Below the pieces are notes generated by a model. That model saw only the letters and a list, made by a program, of their open reading frames with translations, did no database searches and was not told where the DNA came from. DNA of 64,000 nt from Candidatus Gottesmanbacteria bacterium GW2011_GWA2_43_14 (lineage in GTDB: Bacteria > Patescibacteriota > Microgenomatia > 2-02-FULL-39-11): the NCBI GenBank assembly GCA_000999095.1, contig LCFP01000003.1:26839-90838 (forward strand), written 5' to 3'. Both the position numbers and the translations under genes were made by a program. Below, piece by piece: positions 20,355-29,850 of the stretch (positions within the stretch are counted from its first letter, which is position 1; the number at the start of each line of letters is the position of its first letter).

Positions 20355-20476
20355 ATTCATTTTTTACCGATAGGTGTGATTTTCTTAAGAAGTTATTACC
20401 AATGTAAAGTATGAATCAGGCATAAAATTGTCATAAATGAATGATACGGAGGGGTTTATCCTCTCCTTATTAATCT

Positions 20477-21769
20477 ATGTACGATATCATCCTGCAAAAA
20501 CTGGAATCGAGAAAAAAACCGATAGAAGTGATTGTTTCGGGTTTGGGTTTTGTTAGTTTCGGTTTCATCTCATCAATCCGTAACTTCAAAGGTCTAAAAG
20601 TTCCCTTGGTCATTACCAGAAGACCGGCAGCCGCCCGCAGTTTTCTGGAAAAAAAAGGATTAAAAGCGGTTCTGGAAAACAATCCGGACAAAATTAAAGA
20701 CAATTCGAATCTGGGGATCATTTCCCTGACTGATGATTTAGAGCTTATCAATAATTATGAAAATGAAGTTGTAATAGAAATGACAGGTACGATTGCCTAC
20801 GGTACGAAAATTGCCTTAAAGACAATCAAGGCCGGGAAGCATCTGGTGACTATGAATCCGGAGCTTCAGGCGACCGTCGGAGCGGAACTTCATACATTGG
20901 CCAGCCGCAAAAAAGTGGTGGTAACAGATATCATCGGCGACCAGCCGGGCAGCCTGGCACGGTTGATAAACCAGGCGAAAGTGATGGGCTTCCGTGTTTT
21001 ACTGGCCGGTAATATGAAGAGGTTTTTGAACAGACATGCCACTCAGTCCGAAATGCAGAACTGGGCTGATAATAAGGGTTTGTCAGTCAAACAGACGGTT
21101 TCTTTTACCGACGGTACCAAACAATCGATAGAAATGAATCTGGTAGCCAATTATTTCAATATGGATATCCTGGAATTCGGCATGCATGGGCCAACAGTCG
21201 AAACTGTTCATGATTCGTTAAACTCTTTTCACTGGGACAAGTTACCCCGGGAAGGCATTGTTGACTACGTTATAGGAAAAAAATTGTTTCCGGGTGTTTT
21301 TCTCATCGCCGAACATCCGGACAAAAACCAAAAACCATACCTATCTTATCTCGGTTTGGGAGAGGGACCCCGTTATGTCCTTTTTGAGCCTTATCATTTG
21401 TGCCATCTGGAGGTTGCGGGCTCAATCGCCAAAGTAATTCTGACCAAAAAGGAAATAATCAGCAATACTTACCCGAAAACCAGGACGATCGCCGTAGCGA
21501 AATACAGGCTTTACCCGGGGCAGAAATTGGATGGTATCGGCGGTGATCTTATTTACGGGAATATTGATAAAGATGAATATGCAAAAGATTTTCTGCCCGT
21601 CGGTCTAACCGAAGGGGCTGTTCTTAAAAAAGCTTTACATCAGGACCAGCCGATCAAAATCTCTGATGTTATTTTGCCACAAAACGCCGCCACTATTTTA
21701 ACCGGATTGGCAGAAAGCCCAAGAGGAAAGGAAAAAATAGATTATGAATTCCCGTCAGTTAAGGTTTAA
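20477..21769 (+). CDS. NAD(P)-dependent oxidoreductase, homoserine-dehydrogenase-like, with C-terminal SAF domain
   Basis: G.GF Rossmann motif, E.TG, GKHLV.MN.E, GDQPG, SFTDGTK..EM..VAN, PYHLCHLE, LDGIGG. Confidence 0.85.
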   Translation: MYDIILQKLESRKKPIEVIVSGLGFVSFGFISSIRNFKGLKVPLVITRRPAAARSFLEKKGLKAVLENNPDKIKDNSNLGIISLTDDLELINNYENEVVIEMTGTIAYGTKIALKTIKAGKHLVTMNPELQATVGAELHTLASRKKVVVTDIIGDQPGSLARLINQAKVMGFRVLLAGNMKRFLNRHATQSEMQNWADNKGLSVKQTVSFTDGTKQSIEMNLVANYFNMDILEFGMHGPTVETVHDSLNSFHWDKLPREGIVDYVIGKKLFPGVFLIAEHPDKNQKPYLSYLGLGEGPRYVLFEPYHLCHLEVAGSIAKVILTKKEIISNTYPKTRTIAVAKYRLYPGQKLDGIGGDLIYGNIDKDEYAKDFLPVGLTEGAVLKKALHQDQPIKISDVILPQNAATILTGLAESPRGKEKIDYEFPSVKV

Positions 21770-21839
21770 ATGTCCAGAAAATACCAGCTAAGAGTACTTC
21801 TTTTACTGCTTATATCTGCCGGCCAAATATTGATCTAAA

Positions 21840-22979
21840 ATGAAAATTCTTTACTTCGGCTCTTATGACAATGATTACATTAGAAACGTTATTAATATAA
21901 AAGGTCTCAGATTAAACCTAGTTGATGTAATAGTATGTAATTTTTATAAAAGAAAATTATTTATAGCATCTGAATATTCGAAAATTACTTATCTAATTAG
22001 AATTTCTACTTCATTGTTTTACCGTTCGATTTATCTTTTTTTTAAAGGAATAATTATTATTATTAAGCAAAAAATTTCATATATCATTATTGGATTTCCT
22101 GGTCATCTTGATATTCCGATAGGCTATCTTATCGCAAAAATAACCGGTAGCAAAATAATTTTTGATCCTTTTATATCGCTATATGATACCTTTGTAACTG
22201 ACAGAAAAATTTTTAGCACTGACTCCTTAATTTCAAAAAGCATAAAAAAGTACGAAACCGCAATATATAAACTTCCAGATTTAATTTTGACACATACAGA
22301 GACTGATAAGTTATATTTCTCAAAAAGTTTCAAGATCCCCTTGAATAAGATCAAAGTTCTTTACATTGGAAGTGATAATTTAACGCAAAAAACCACTGCG
22401 CTCACCGGGAAATCTTCCGATTTTTCAGTTGTATATCAAGGCAACTTTATTCCATTACACGGAATTGAACATATTATTCATTCTGCATTTATTCTGAGTC
22501 AAATAGATAAAAAAATTAAATTTATATTCGTTGGAAACGGACAAACATATCAAGAAAATTTTAATCTCGCAAACATATTAAAACTTAGAAATGTTGTTTT
22601 TAAAGGATTCGTTTCAATATATGACTGGAAAAAAACAATTAATAAGGCCGATATTATATTAGGGATTTTCCAAAATTCGGTGAAGGCTTCTAAATCGATA
22701 CCAAATAAAGTAATTCAAGGAATTGCAGCTAAAAAAGCCGTAATTACCGCAGAAACTACAGCAATTAAAGAATTATTTAATCACTTTGAAAATATGTATT
22801 TCTGCAAACCAGCAGATCCTCTCTCTTTAGCGAACGGAATATTAGAACTAAAAAGAAATTCGAATCTAAGGAATAAAATCGCTTATAACGGGAATAAAAT
22901 ATACAAAAATAAACTAACGCCAATTTCAGTAGGGCGTGAGTTACTGACTATTTGTAACGAGTTTCAAAATTCAAATTAA
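21840..22979 (+). CDS. Glycosyltransferase family 4 (AT-rich)
   Basis: ADIILGIF...IPNKV; homologous to 15777-16892. Confidence 0.85.
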   Translation: MKILYFGSYDNDYIRNVINIKGLRLNLVDVIVCNFYKRKLFIASEYSKITYLIRISTSLFYRSIYLFFKGIIIIIKQKISYIIIGFPGHLDIPIGYLIAKITGSKIIFDPFISLYDTFVTDRKIFSTDSLISKSIKKYETAIYKLPDLILTHTETDKLYFSKSFKIPLNKIKVLYIGSDNLTQKTTALTGKSSDFSVVYQGNFIPLHGIEHIIHSAFILSQIDKKIKFIFVGNGQTYQENFNLANILKLRNVVFKGFVSIYDWKKTINKADIILGIFQNSVKASKSIPNKVIQGIAAKKAVITAETTAIKELFNHFENMYFCKPADPLSLANGILELKRNSNLRNKIAYNGNKIYKNKLTPISVGRELLTICNEFQNSN

Positions 22980-22980
22980 A

Positions 22981-24069
22981 ATGAAAATAATAATTTCTAA
23001 TTACGATGAAATAAAAAATCCTTATTATGGCGGAGGAGGAGCTATGAGTAATCATAAAATCGGTAAATATTTAGCGGAAAAAAATGAAGTAATGATTATT
23101 TGTGGCGCATTTAAAGGCTGCAGGAACGGTGTTGTAGAAGGTGTATTTTATAAACATATTGGTATAAAAAGATTTGGTCCAATTTTGGGACAGATATTCT
23201 TTTCGTTATTACTGCCCGTATTCGCGTTGATAGAAAATTATGATTTATGGGTAGAAAATTTTGTACCGCCTCATTCTACCAATTTCATTCCAATTTTCAC
23301 CAATAAACCCGTCGTGGGGGTCAGTTCACTCTTGCACGCAAAAGAATTTAGTCAAAAATATGGAATCCCGTTTTATTTAATAGAAAATTTAGGTCTAAAA
23401 TTCTATAAGAATATCCTTGTATTGAGTAATGAATATGCTAAAAAAGTCCAAAAAATCAATAAAAAAGCGAAAATAGTAGAAATTCCAAGGGGGGTAGATG
23501 ACGCTTATTTTGAAATTAAAGGAAATGAGAACAACTATATATTGTATTTAGCGCGAATTGATATTTTCCAAAAAGGTTTAGATTTATTGTTGAAAGCATG
23601 GAAAAAAGTAGTTTATAGGTATCCGCATATCAAATTAGTTATAGCAGGAAATACTACATTTGCAGAAGAAAGAAAATTCAAGCAAATCGTTGATCAACTT
23701 TCATTAGATAAAAATGTTAAGTATATAGGATTGGTAAAAGGAGAAAAAAAAAGAACCCTATTATCAAACTCTCTTTGTGTGATCAGTCCATCACGGTTTG
23801 AAAGCTTCGGCAATTCATCATTGGAAACATTAGCAGCAGGGAAATGCTTAATAGTATTTGATATACCCGGTTATTGCTGGATACCGGAAAATGTTTCAGT
23901 AAAAATAAAGTCGGTAAATTTCAATTTGTTAGCTGTGGCAATTGAAAGAGTCATTTCCAATAAAGAATTAAGAATTAAGTACGGAAAACTAGCAAGGAAT
24001 TTTGCTGAAAATTATAGATGGAAAAAAATATTTAAATTGTACGAAGCTTATTTTTTAAATGTAAATTAA
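22981..24069 (+). CDS. Glycosyltransferase family 4 (AT-rich)
   Basis: GGG; R...QKG.D; PSRFESFG..LE. Confidence 0.88.
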   Translation: MKIIISNYDEIKNPYYGGGGAMSNHKIGKYLAEKNEVMIICGAFKGCRNGVVEGVFYKHIGIKRFGPILGQIFFSLLLPVFALIENYDLWVENFVPPHSTNFIPIFTNKPVVGVSSLLHAKEFSQKYGIPFYLIENLGLKFYKNILVLSNEYAKKVQKINKKAKIVEIPRGVDDAYFEIKGNENNYILYLARIDIFQKGLDLLLKAWKKVVYRYPHIKLVIAGNTTFAEERKFKQIVDQLSLDKNVKYIGLVKGEKKRTLLSNSLCVISPSRFESFGNSSLETLAAGKCLIVFDIPGYCWIPENVSVKIKSVNFNLLAVAIERVISNKELRIKYGKLARNFAENYRWKKIFKLYEAYFLNVN

Positions 24070-24073
24070 ATAT

Positions 24074-25642
24074 ATGAAGCTCTTAAAAGCAATTAGTTTT
24101 ATTTCATTTTGCATTGCGATATCCGTCTTATTAACTCTCACAATAAAGGGTAACGAAGGTAACCCTTTACCCTTTCAAAACGATCATAATACTAAGGTGG
24201 GGGGGCCATTTGAAGCATCCAACACAACTTCAAGGTATGCTTTAACTTTGGCAATTGCTGAAAACGGATCATTTTTTCTCAATGAAGATTTGGCCAAGTT
24301 TGCTTCACCTGATGTAGTCAAATATAAAGACATGTATATGTCAATCTTTGCGCCCGGAGTATCATTTATAGTAATTCCATTTTATCTTTTTGGAAAAAAA
24401 CTGGGACTTCCTCAGGTAGTTACATTTTTAAGCGTAACTTTCTTTGCCTTATTCAATCTTTTTTTAATAGCCTGGATTTCCATAAAACTGGGATCCGGAT
24501 TCTGGACGGGTTTTTTGGGCGGATTTATTTTCTTATTCGGTACCAATGCCTTGTCATATGCACAAACACTTTCCCAGCACCATTTTACTGTGACAGTTGC
24601 ACTCCTGGCAATAATTACGGCCATGGGTAAACGGACCCTTATCAAAAATATCTGGTTCGGGATATTGTTTGGACTTGGTGTATTGGTAGATATTCCCAAT
24701 GTTTTTCTACTGGCTCCGATTCTTATTTATATTCTGTACAGGCAATTCTATCGGGAGATTTCTGCTGAAATTATTCGAGTCAACATGTCCTTAAATTTTA
24801 TCGGGTTAATTTTAGGAGTGCTGCCGTTTATTGCCTTATTTGCCTGGTATAACAGAGCTACCACCGGTTCATACACAATGCTTGCGCAATCAATCGGTCG
24901 GATGGAAGAGCATGGGGAAACGTTCTCTCAAAGTGATTCAGTAATCCTTCGGGAACAAAAAGATGTCAGAGCTCCGAAAGGAATCCGATTACCTTTTAAT
25001 CCAAGAAAACAGTTAGCCGGAGCGTACACATTATTTATAAGTGATGAAAGATCATGGATATATTACAGTCCGGTAGTCCTTTTAGGTATTTTTGGTCTTT
25101 TTAAACTTCTTAAAAATCAAAAATACAGAGAATTTGCAGCAGTTTCATTGTCAGTGATTTTTCTTAACGGTATTATGTATTCCATGTTTGGAGACCCCTG
25201 GGGGGGTTGGGCATTCGGACCCAGGTATTTAATTCCGGCGGGAGCGCTGTTGTCTATCGGATTAAGCATAATTTATACCAATTGGAACAGGAATATTCTT
25301 TTTATGTTGATTTTTGTGATTTTGGCTATTTATAGTCTGCGCATCAATACTCTCGGTGTGACAACAACCACTATGATTCCGCCGAAGATAGAGGCAATTA
25401 ATCTTCCTAAACCTATACCTTACACCTACGACTATAACTTCCAGCTTCTGAATAAGAATATCTCCAGTTCACTAATTTATAATCGCTTCTTGTCTAAAAA
25501 ACTGACTGCCACAGATTATTCTTACAGGCTCTTCATATCTGTTTCTTCGGTTTTTCTATTACTCACAATAGCTTCTTATTTCGAAATAAAAACATTAATT
25601 AAGAAATCTCATTACAGGAAGATATATATAAATAACATATGA
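24074..25642 (+). CDS. GT-C fold membrane glycosyltransferase-like protein, paralog of 16905-18530
   Basis: Shares GPFE.S, S.FAPG, QHH and GDPWGGWAFG.RYLIP. Confidence 0.7.
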   Translation: MKLLKAISFISFCIAISVLLTLTIKGNEGNPLPFQNDHNTKVGGPFEASNTTSRYALTLAIAENGSFFLNEDLAKFASPDVVKYKDMYMSIFAPGVSFIVIPFYLFGKKLGLPQVVTFLSVTFFALFNLFLIAWISIKLGSGFWTGFLGGFIFLFGTNALSYAQTLSQHHFTVTVALLAIITAMGKRTLIKNIWFGILFGLGVLVDIPNVFLLAPILIYILYRQFYREISAEIIRVNMSLNFIGLILGVLPFIALFAWYNRATTGSYTMLAQSIGRMEEHGETFSQSDSVILREQKDVRAPKGIRLPFNPRKQLAGAYTLFISDERSWIYYSPVVLLGIFGLFKLLKNQKYREFAAVSLSVIFLNGIMYSMFGDPWGGWAFGPRYLIPAGALLSIGLSIIYTNWNRNILFMLIFVILAIYSLRINTLGVTTTTMIPPKIEAINLPKPIPYTYDYNFQLLNKNISSSLIYNRFLSKKLTATDYSYRLFISVSSVFLLLTIASYFEIKTLIKKSHYRKIYINNI

Positions 25643-27258
25643 ATATTCTAAATTTGCGGTTTTCCATAAAAAAAGGCTCATTAGATAAAATAAGCGAATG
25701 GGAAAGCAGGATGCCGTTATTACTTCTGGGTATTTTAGCGATCTTGTCCATTGTCTGTTTTTACATTTTTTATGATAACGGGCTCGGACTTTCCTACAAC
25801 GATGCCCGGTCGCATCTGGACATCGGAAGACGCGTGGTTGAAGGATTAAAACCCGGGTTGGCCCAACTCGGATCAGTCTGGCTGCCTCTGCCTCACCTTC
25901 TTATGATTCCGACAATTTGGCATGATTTTATGTGGCATACCGGGCTTTCGGGAGCATTGCCCTCGATGCTTTCATTTGTGGCTACATCTCTCTTGATCTA
26001 TTTTTTTCTGCAAAAACTGGGTGTCGGCTTATCCGGAAAAATACTGGGGGTTGCCGTATTTGTCGCCAATCTCAATGTCCTGTATCTCCAGTCAACAGCC
26101 ATGACGGAACTGCTTCTCCTGGCAACCATGACTGCCGGTATGTATGAGCTTTTAAAGTGGAGCATGGATGAAAATTTCCTCAATCTTATTAAATCCGCTT
26201 TTTGGATCATGCTTTCCTCCCTTGTCAGATATGAAGGCTGGTTTCTGCTGCTTTATGCAGCCTTTCTGATAATTTTCATTATGGTGAGGAAAAAAGGCTA
26301 TAAAGTAACGGAAGGCACCTTGATTCTTTTCGGAACTTTGGCAGGAGTTGGTATTCTGTTATGGTTTCTCTGGAATACTTTGATTTTCAATGATCCCTTA
26401 TATTTTGCCTACGGTCCTTTCTCAGCCCGCACCCAGCAGAAACAAATGGAACTGGCCGGTGTCTTATCTACAAAAAACAATTTATTGTTATCCCTGAAAG
26501 TCTATCTATTTGCCTTAATCTATAATTCTTATGCCTATAATGCCGTTTTGGGACTTATAGGAGCAATAGTATTTTTCACCGATAAAAATATTAAACCTCA
26601 TGTCAGGTTTGCAGCTACTGTTTTGCTTACTCCATTAATATTCAACGTTTTAGCACTTTTCATGGGTCACTCTGTTCTATTTATACAGGGAATTTCAGGC
26701 GATACCTGGTTTAACGTCCGTTACGGTCTGATGATGCTGCCTTCAATTGCCATTTTTGCGGGCTACCTCGTCCATAAAGCCAAGTCATTAAGAGTAACCA
26801 TAATCGGATTATTTGTCTTTGTTATTTTTTTTGCATTTACCAACGGTGATGCAGTCACAATTGATGATGCAAGAGTCGGCTCCAGCCAGAAAAATGTCTC
26901 AGAGGTAAGCGGTTATCTGAACACCCATGCCAAAAATACAAAGGGATTTGTGCTTATTTCGGCAGCTTCACACGACGCCATTATTTTTTCATCAGGACTT
27001 CCCATGAAAAGATTTATCCATGAAGGAACAGGCGGCTATTGGGAATCGGCAACAGGCAGTCCTGACAGATGGGCGCGCTGGATAGTCGTACGCACCAACG
27101 ACAATAATGACTTAACCTGGAAATCCCTTTCCGAAGCACCGGATTCCATATCAAAATACAAACTGGCCGCCAAATATCCTTTTGCCGATGTTTACGAATT
27201 GAAAAAAGAATACCTGGCGGAATTAATCACGGAGCCGATTCTCGGAAAACAAAAATAA
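25639..27258 (+). CDS. GT-C fold glycosyltransferase (family 39-like)
   Basis: DARSH..I.R, WLPLPH, YLQST.MTE, RYEGW, NVRYG. Confidence 0.75.
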   Translation: MNILNLRFSIKKGSLDKISEWESRMPLLLLGILAILSIVCFYIFYDNGLGLSYNDARSHLDIGRRVVEGLKPGLAQLGSVWLPLPHLLMIPTIWHDFMWHTGLSGALPSMLSFVATSLLIYFFLQKLGVGLSGKILGVAVFVANLNVLYLQSTAMTELLLLATMTAGMYELLKWSMDENFLNLIKSAFWIMLSSLVRYEGWFLLLYAAFLIIFIMVRKKGYKVTEGTLILFGTLAGVGILLWFLWNTLIFNDPLYFAYGPFSARTQQKQMELAGVLSTKNNLLLSLKVYLFALIYNSYAYNAVLGLIGAIVFFTDKNIKPHVRFAATVLLTPLIFNVLALFMGHSVLFIQGISGDTWFNVRYGLMMLPSIAIFAGYLVHKAKSLRVTIIGLFVFVIFFAFTNGDAVTIDDARVGSSQKNVSEVSGYLNTHAKNTKGFVLISAASHDAIIFSSGLPMKRFIHEGTGGYWESATGSPDRWARWIVVRTNDNNDLTWKSLSEAPDSISKYKLAAKYPFADVYELKKEYLAELITEPILGKQK

Positions 27259-27264
27259 CAGATT

Positions 27265-28500
27265 ATGCGTAAAATTGCCGTTTTCAGTTTAAGCCTTTTT
27301 TTAATTGCCGTTTTGTTTAAAACAAACGGCATGACGCAAACCCCAAGACCGTCCTGGTGGGAGTTCCAATCAATAGACACGATGAAGTATTCCCGGGATA
27401 CGGCACGGGAAAAAAATAACGACAGGGAATTTGCCAAAACAATCGATGAGCAAATAAAAGCAATCGGCCAAACCGGGGCAACCCATGTTGCCATAGCTAC
27501 CCCCTATGATGATGAATTTTTACCTTTTCTGACACTCTGGGTAAATACTGCCAGAAAATACGGACTAAATATCTGGTTCCGGGGAAATTGGTCCGGTTGG
27601 GAGCAGTGGTTCGGCTACGGCAAAATAAACCGGGAGGAACATCTGATAAAAACAGCAGAATTCATAAATAAAAATGCCGGATTATTCCGCGACGGTGACG
27701 TATTTACAGCCTGTCCTGAATGTGAAAACGGGGGACCGGGGGATCCGAGATTTAATAATGACGCTAACGGACACAGGCTGTTTTTGATAAAAGAATACGA
27801 GCTGACGAAAGGCCTATTTAATAAACTTAATAAAAAAGTAAAATCAAATTACCTGTCAATGAACGGGGATGTAGCCAGGTTAATTATGGATGAGGAAACG
27901 ACAAGCAAACTTGACGGACTGGTAGTCATCGACCATTACGTTTCCTCACCGGAAATACTGGCAAATGATATTAAAAATATAGCTGTAAAAAGCAAGGCTA
28001 AAATTGTTCTCGGAGAATTCGGTACCCCCATTCCCGATATTCACGGAAAAATGACCGATGAGGAGCAGTCGAAGTGGATTAAAGAAGCGCTTGAAAAACT
28101 GTCGGCCATACCTGAAGTAATCGGCCTTAACTACTGGGTAAGTTACGGCGGATCGACAGAAATTTGGCGGCCTGATAACAGCGAAAAAGCTGCTGTTTCT
28201 GTTTTATCCTCTTTTTTTAAACCCCAGGTCTTAAATGGGAAAATAGTCAATGAGTTGGACTGGCCTGTAGAAAATGCCATGGTAGAGACAAGGGGTCGAA
28301 AGGAAACGACAGACGCCCAGGGTATGTTTAGCCTTCCTTTTATCGGAGAGAATTCGCAGGTCGAGATAAGCCATAAGGATTATGAGAAAATACAATTAAC
28401 GGTAAGTGAGTTTAAAAATAATCAGTCTGCCGTGCTGATAAAGACTTCCGAGAGTTTTGTTTATAAGCTGCTTAAAAAAATAAAAGAATTAATAGACTGA
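27265..28500 (+). CDS. Secreted clan GH-A (TIM barrel) glycoside hydrolase with C-terminal carboxypeptidase-regulatory-like domain
   Basis: Signal peptide; PECE (putative acid/base), LGEFG (putative nucleophile), GLNYW; C-terminal G.....PV.NA.V....TTD..G.F. Confidence 0.65.
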   Translation: MRKIAVFSLSLFLIAVLFKTNGMTQTPRPSWWEFQSIDTMKYSRDTAREKNNDREFAKTIDEQIKAIGQTGATHVAIATPYDDEFLPFLTLWVNTARKYGLNIWFRGNWSGWEQWFGYGKINREEHLIKTAEFINKNAGLFRDGDVFTACPECENGGPGDPRFNNDANGHRLFLIKEYELTKGLFNKLNKKVKSNYLSMNGDVARLIMDEETTSKLDGLVVIDHYVSSPEILANDIKNIAVKSKAKIVLGEFGTPIPDIHGKMTDEEQSKWIKEALEKLSAIPEVIGLNYWVSYGGSTEIWRPDNSEKAAVSVLSSFFKPQVLNGKIVNELDWPVENAMVETRGRKETTDAQGMFSLPFIGENSQVEISHKDYEKIQLTVSEFKNNQSAVLIKTSESFVYKLLKKIKELID

Positions 28501-28728
28501 TTGGCGGTGGGTGACGGAAATAATGATTATTTTTTTACCCTTGATTTCATAAACAATCCGGTAAGGCCAGGCACGCAGCGATCTTAGGCCTTCAAGTTCG
28601 ACTCTTAGCGGTTTTCCGACGAGGGGATTTTCAGGAACCATCTCTATTTTTTTAAGGATTTTCCGGATTTCAGTTGCAGGGATTTTTTTAAACTGTTTTA
28701 AAACCGTGCTTTTATATTCAATCCGCAT
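28489..28728 (-). CDS. Type II toxin, RelE/ParE family
   Basis: NP..GKPL..L.G.RSLR...YRIVYEI....I..V.HR..VY. Confidence 0.9.
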   Translation of the reverse strand: MRIEYKSTVLKQFKKIPATEIRKILKKIEMVPENPLVGKPLRVELEGLRSLRAWPYRIVYEIKGKKIIIISVTHRQSVY

Positions 28729-29005
28729 TTTCGATTCCGAGGCTTTTCATCAGTTTACCGTGCGAAACAGTTTTTCTGAGTTTTTTTGCCCTTCTGATTG
28801 CCTCGATTTCTTTTTTATTTGACAGAATATCAAAAGTTTCAGCCCAGGACTCCAGATCATCTTTGCTTATCATAATGACTGATTTTTCTCCCCGCAACTT
28901 AATCTCATAGGCTTCCAACCCGTTGGCGGCAGATTTAATCAACTCATATAAATTATCCCTGGCTTCACTGGCAGTATAGGTTTTTAGATTGGAAATGATG
29001 CTCAT
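28718..29005 (-). CDS. Type II antitoxin, Phd/YefM family
   Basis: SEARDNLYELI...V.IS.DD.ES..ET..IL; overlaps the toxin start. Confidence 0.9.
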   Translation of the reverse strand: MSIISNLKTYTASEARDNLYELIKSAANGLEAYEIKLRGEKSVIMISKDDLESWAETFDILSNKKEIEAIRRAKKLRKTVSHGKLMKSLGIENAD

Positions 29006-29015
29006 TGTAAATCTA

Positions 29016-29044
29016 ATCGTACGATATTACGTACGAGTTGTCAA
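29016..29044 (-). promoter_or_regulatory. TA operon promoter with two CGTACG palindromes (putative operator)
   Basis: Minus strand TTGACA(29044-29039)-17-TACGAT(29021-29016); CGTACG at 29018-29023 and 29030-29035. Confidence 0.8.
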
Positions 29045-29061
29045 TAACCTCAATTATATAT

Positions 29062-29772
29062 TTATTTGGCCATGGCCTGTTTCCGCATTGTCTCCGGCAT
29101 TTTTTCGATTGCGTATCTCAGGGCAGTTCTCGGCATGACTTTCTTATTTTTCATTACATAACCGAAAATTTCTTTCTGATTTTTGCGGCTGGCTACTTTC
29201 AGCATCCAGCCGTAACCTTTTTGCACCAGATCCTCTTCGTCCAAAAGTAAAATGCCGGCAATTTCGAGAATATCTTCAAGAAACTCACCTTTTTTGGCGG
29301 GAATAATCAAGGAAACCGCTGCAGCACGCCGCAGCCATTTATTTTCTGCCGCAGCCCACTTTTTCAGGCGTATCAAATGCACCGGAAATTTTTCGATTAA
29401 AGCTCCGACTGCATGATTGCAGAGTGTGTCGCATTCCGCCCAATTATCGATATAGAGACTAACCCAGCGCTCAAATATTTCAATGTCTTCTTTTTGGAAA
29501 TCGCGGCTGACCCGATCCGCCCAATTGGCGGAGATCCAGGCTTCTTCGCAGTAGCCTGATTTCAACAATTCTTCGCATAGTACAAATATCTCCTGATTAT
29601 TTTTATTTTTTATTTTTTCAAAAAATTCCCTGGCGATTTTTGAAACAGTAGACGATTTAACACCGTGGAATTTAACTTCTTCCTTGAAAAACCGCTGAAA
29701 ACCGCTTTTAGTTTTCTCATCACTGCTTTTTTGCAGAGCAAGCCGGATTTGCAAAATGATTTTTGCTTTCAT
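29062..29772 (-). CDS. DNA alkylation repair protein (AlkD-like HEAT-repeat glycosylase)
   Basis: IDNWAECD, N.W.RRAA, DLVQKGYGWMLK, MPRTALRYAIEK. Confidence 0.9.
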   Translation of the reverse strand: MKAKIILQIRLALQKSSDEKTKSGFQRFFKEEVKFHGVKSSTVSKIAREFFEKIKNKNNQEIFVLCEELLKSGYCEEAWISANWADRVSRDFQKEDIEIFERWVSLYIDNWAECDTLCNHAVGALIEKFPVHLIRLKKWAAAENKWLRRAAAVSLIIPAKKGEFLEDILEIAGILLLDEEDLVQKGYGWMLKVASRKNQKEIFGYVMKNKKVMPRTALRYAIEKMPETMRKQAMAK

Positions 29773-29850
29773 AATTGATTATAATATATTCTTAAAATTA
29801 CTCAGTTTATTTTCAGGAAAATATTGATATAATTCTATATTTCCAGGGAC

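Noticed and set aside
28489-29772. TA pair plus AlkD as a defence or mobile island
   Set aside because: No flanking repeats, mobility genes or other defence genes.
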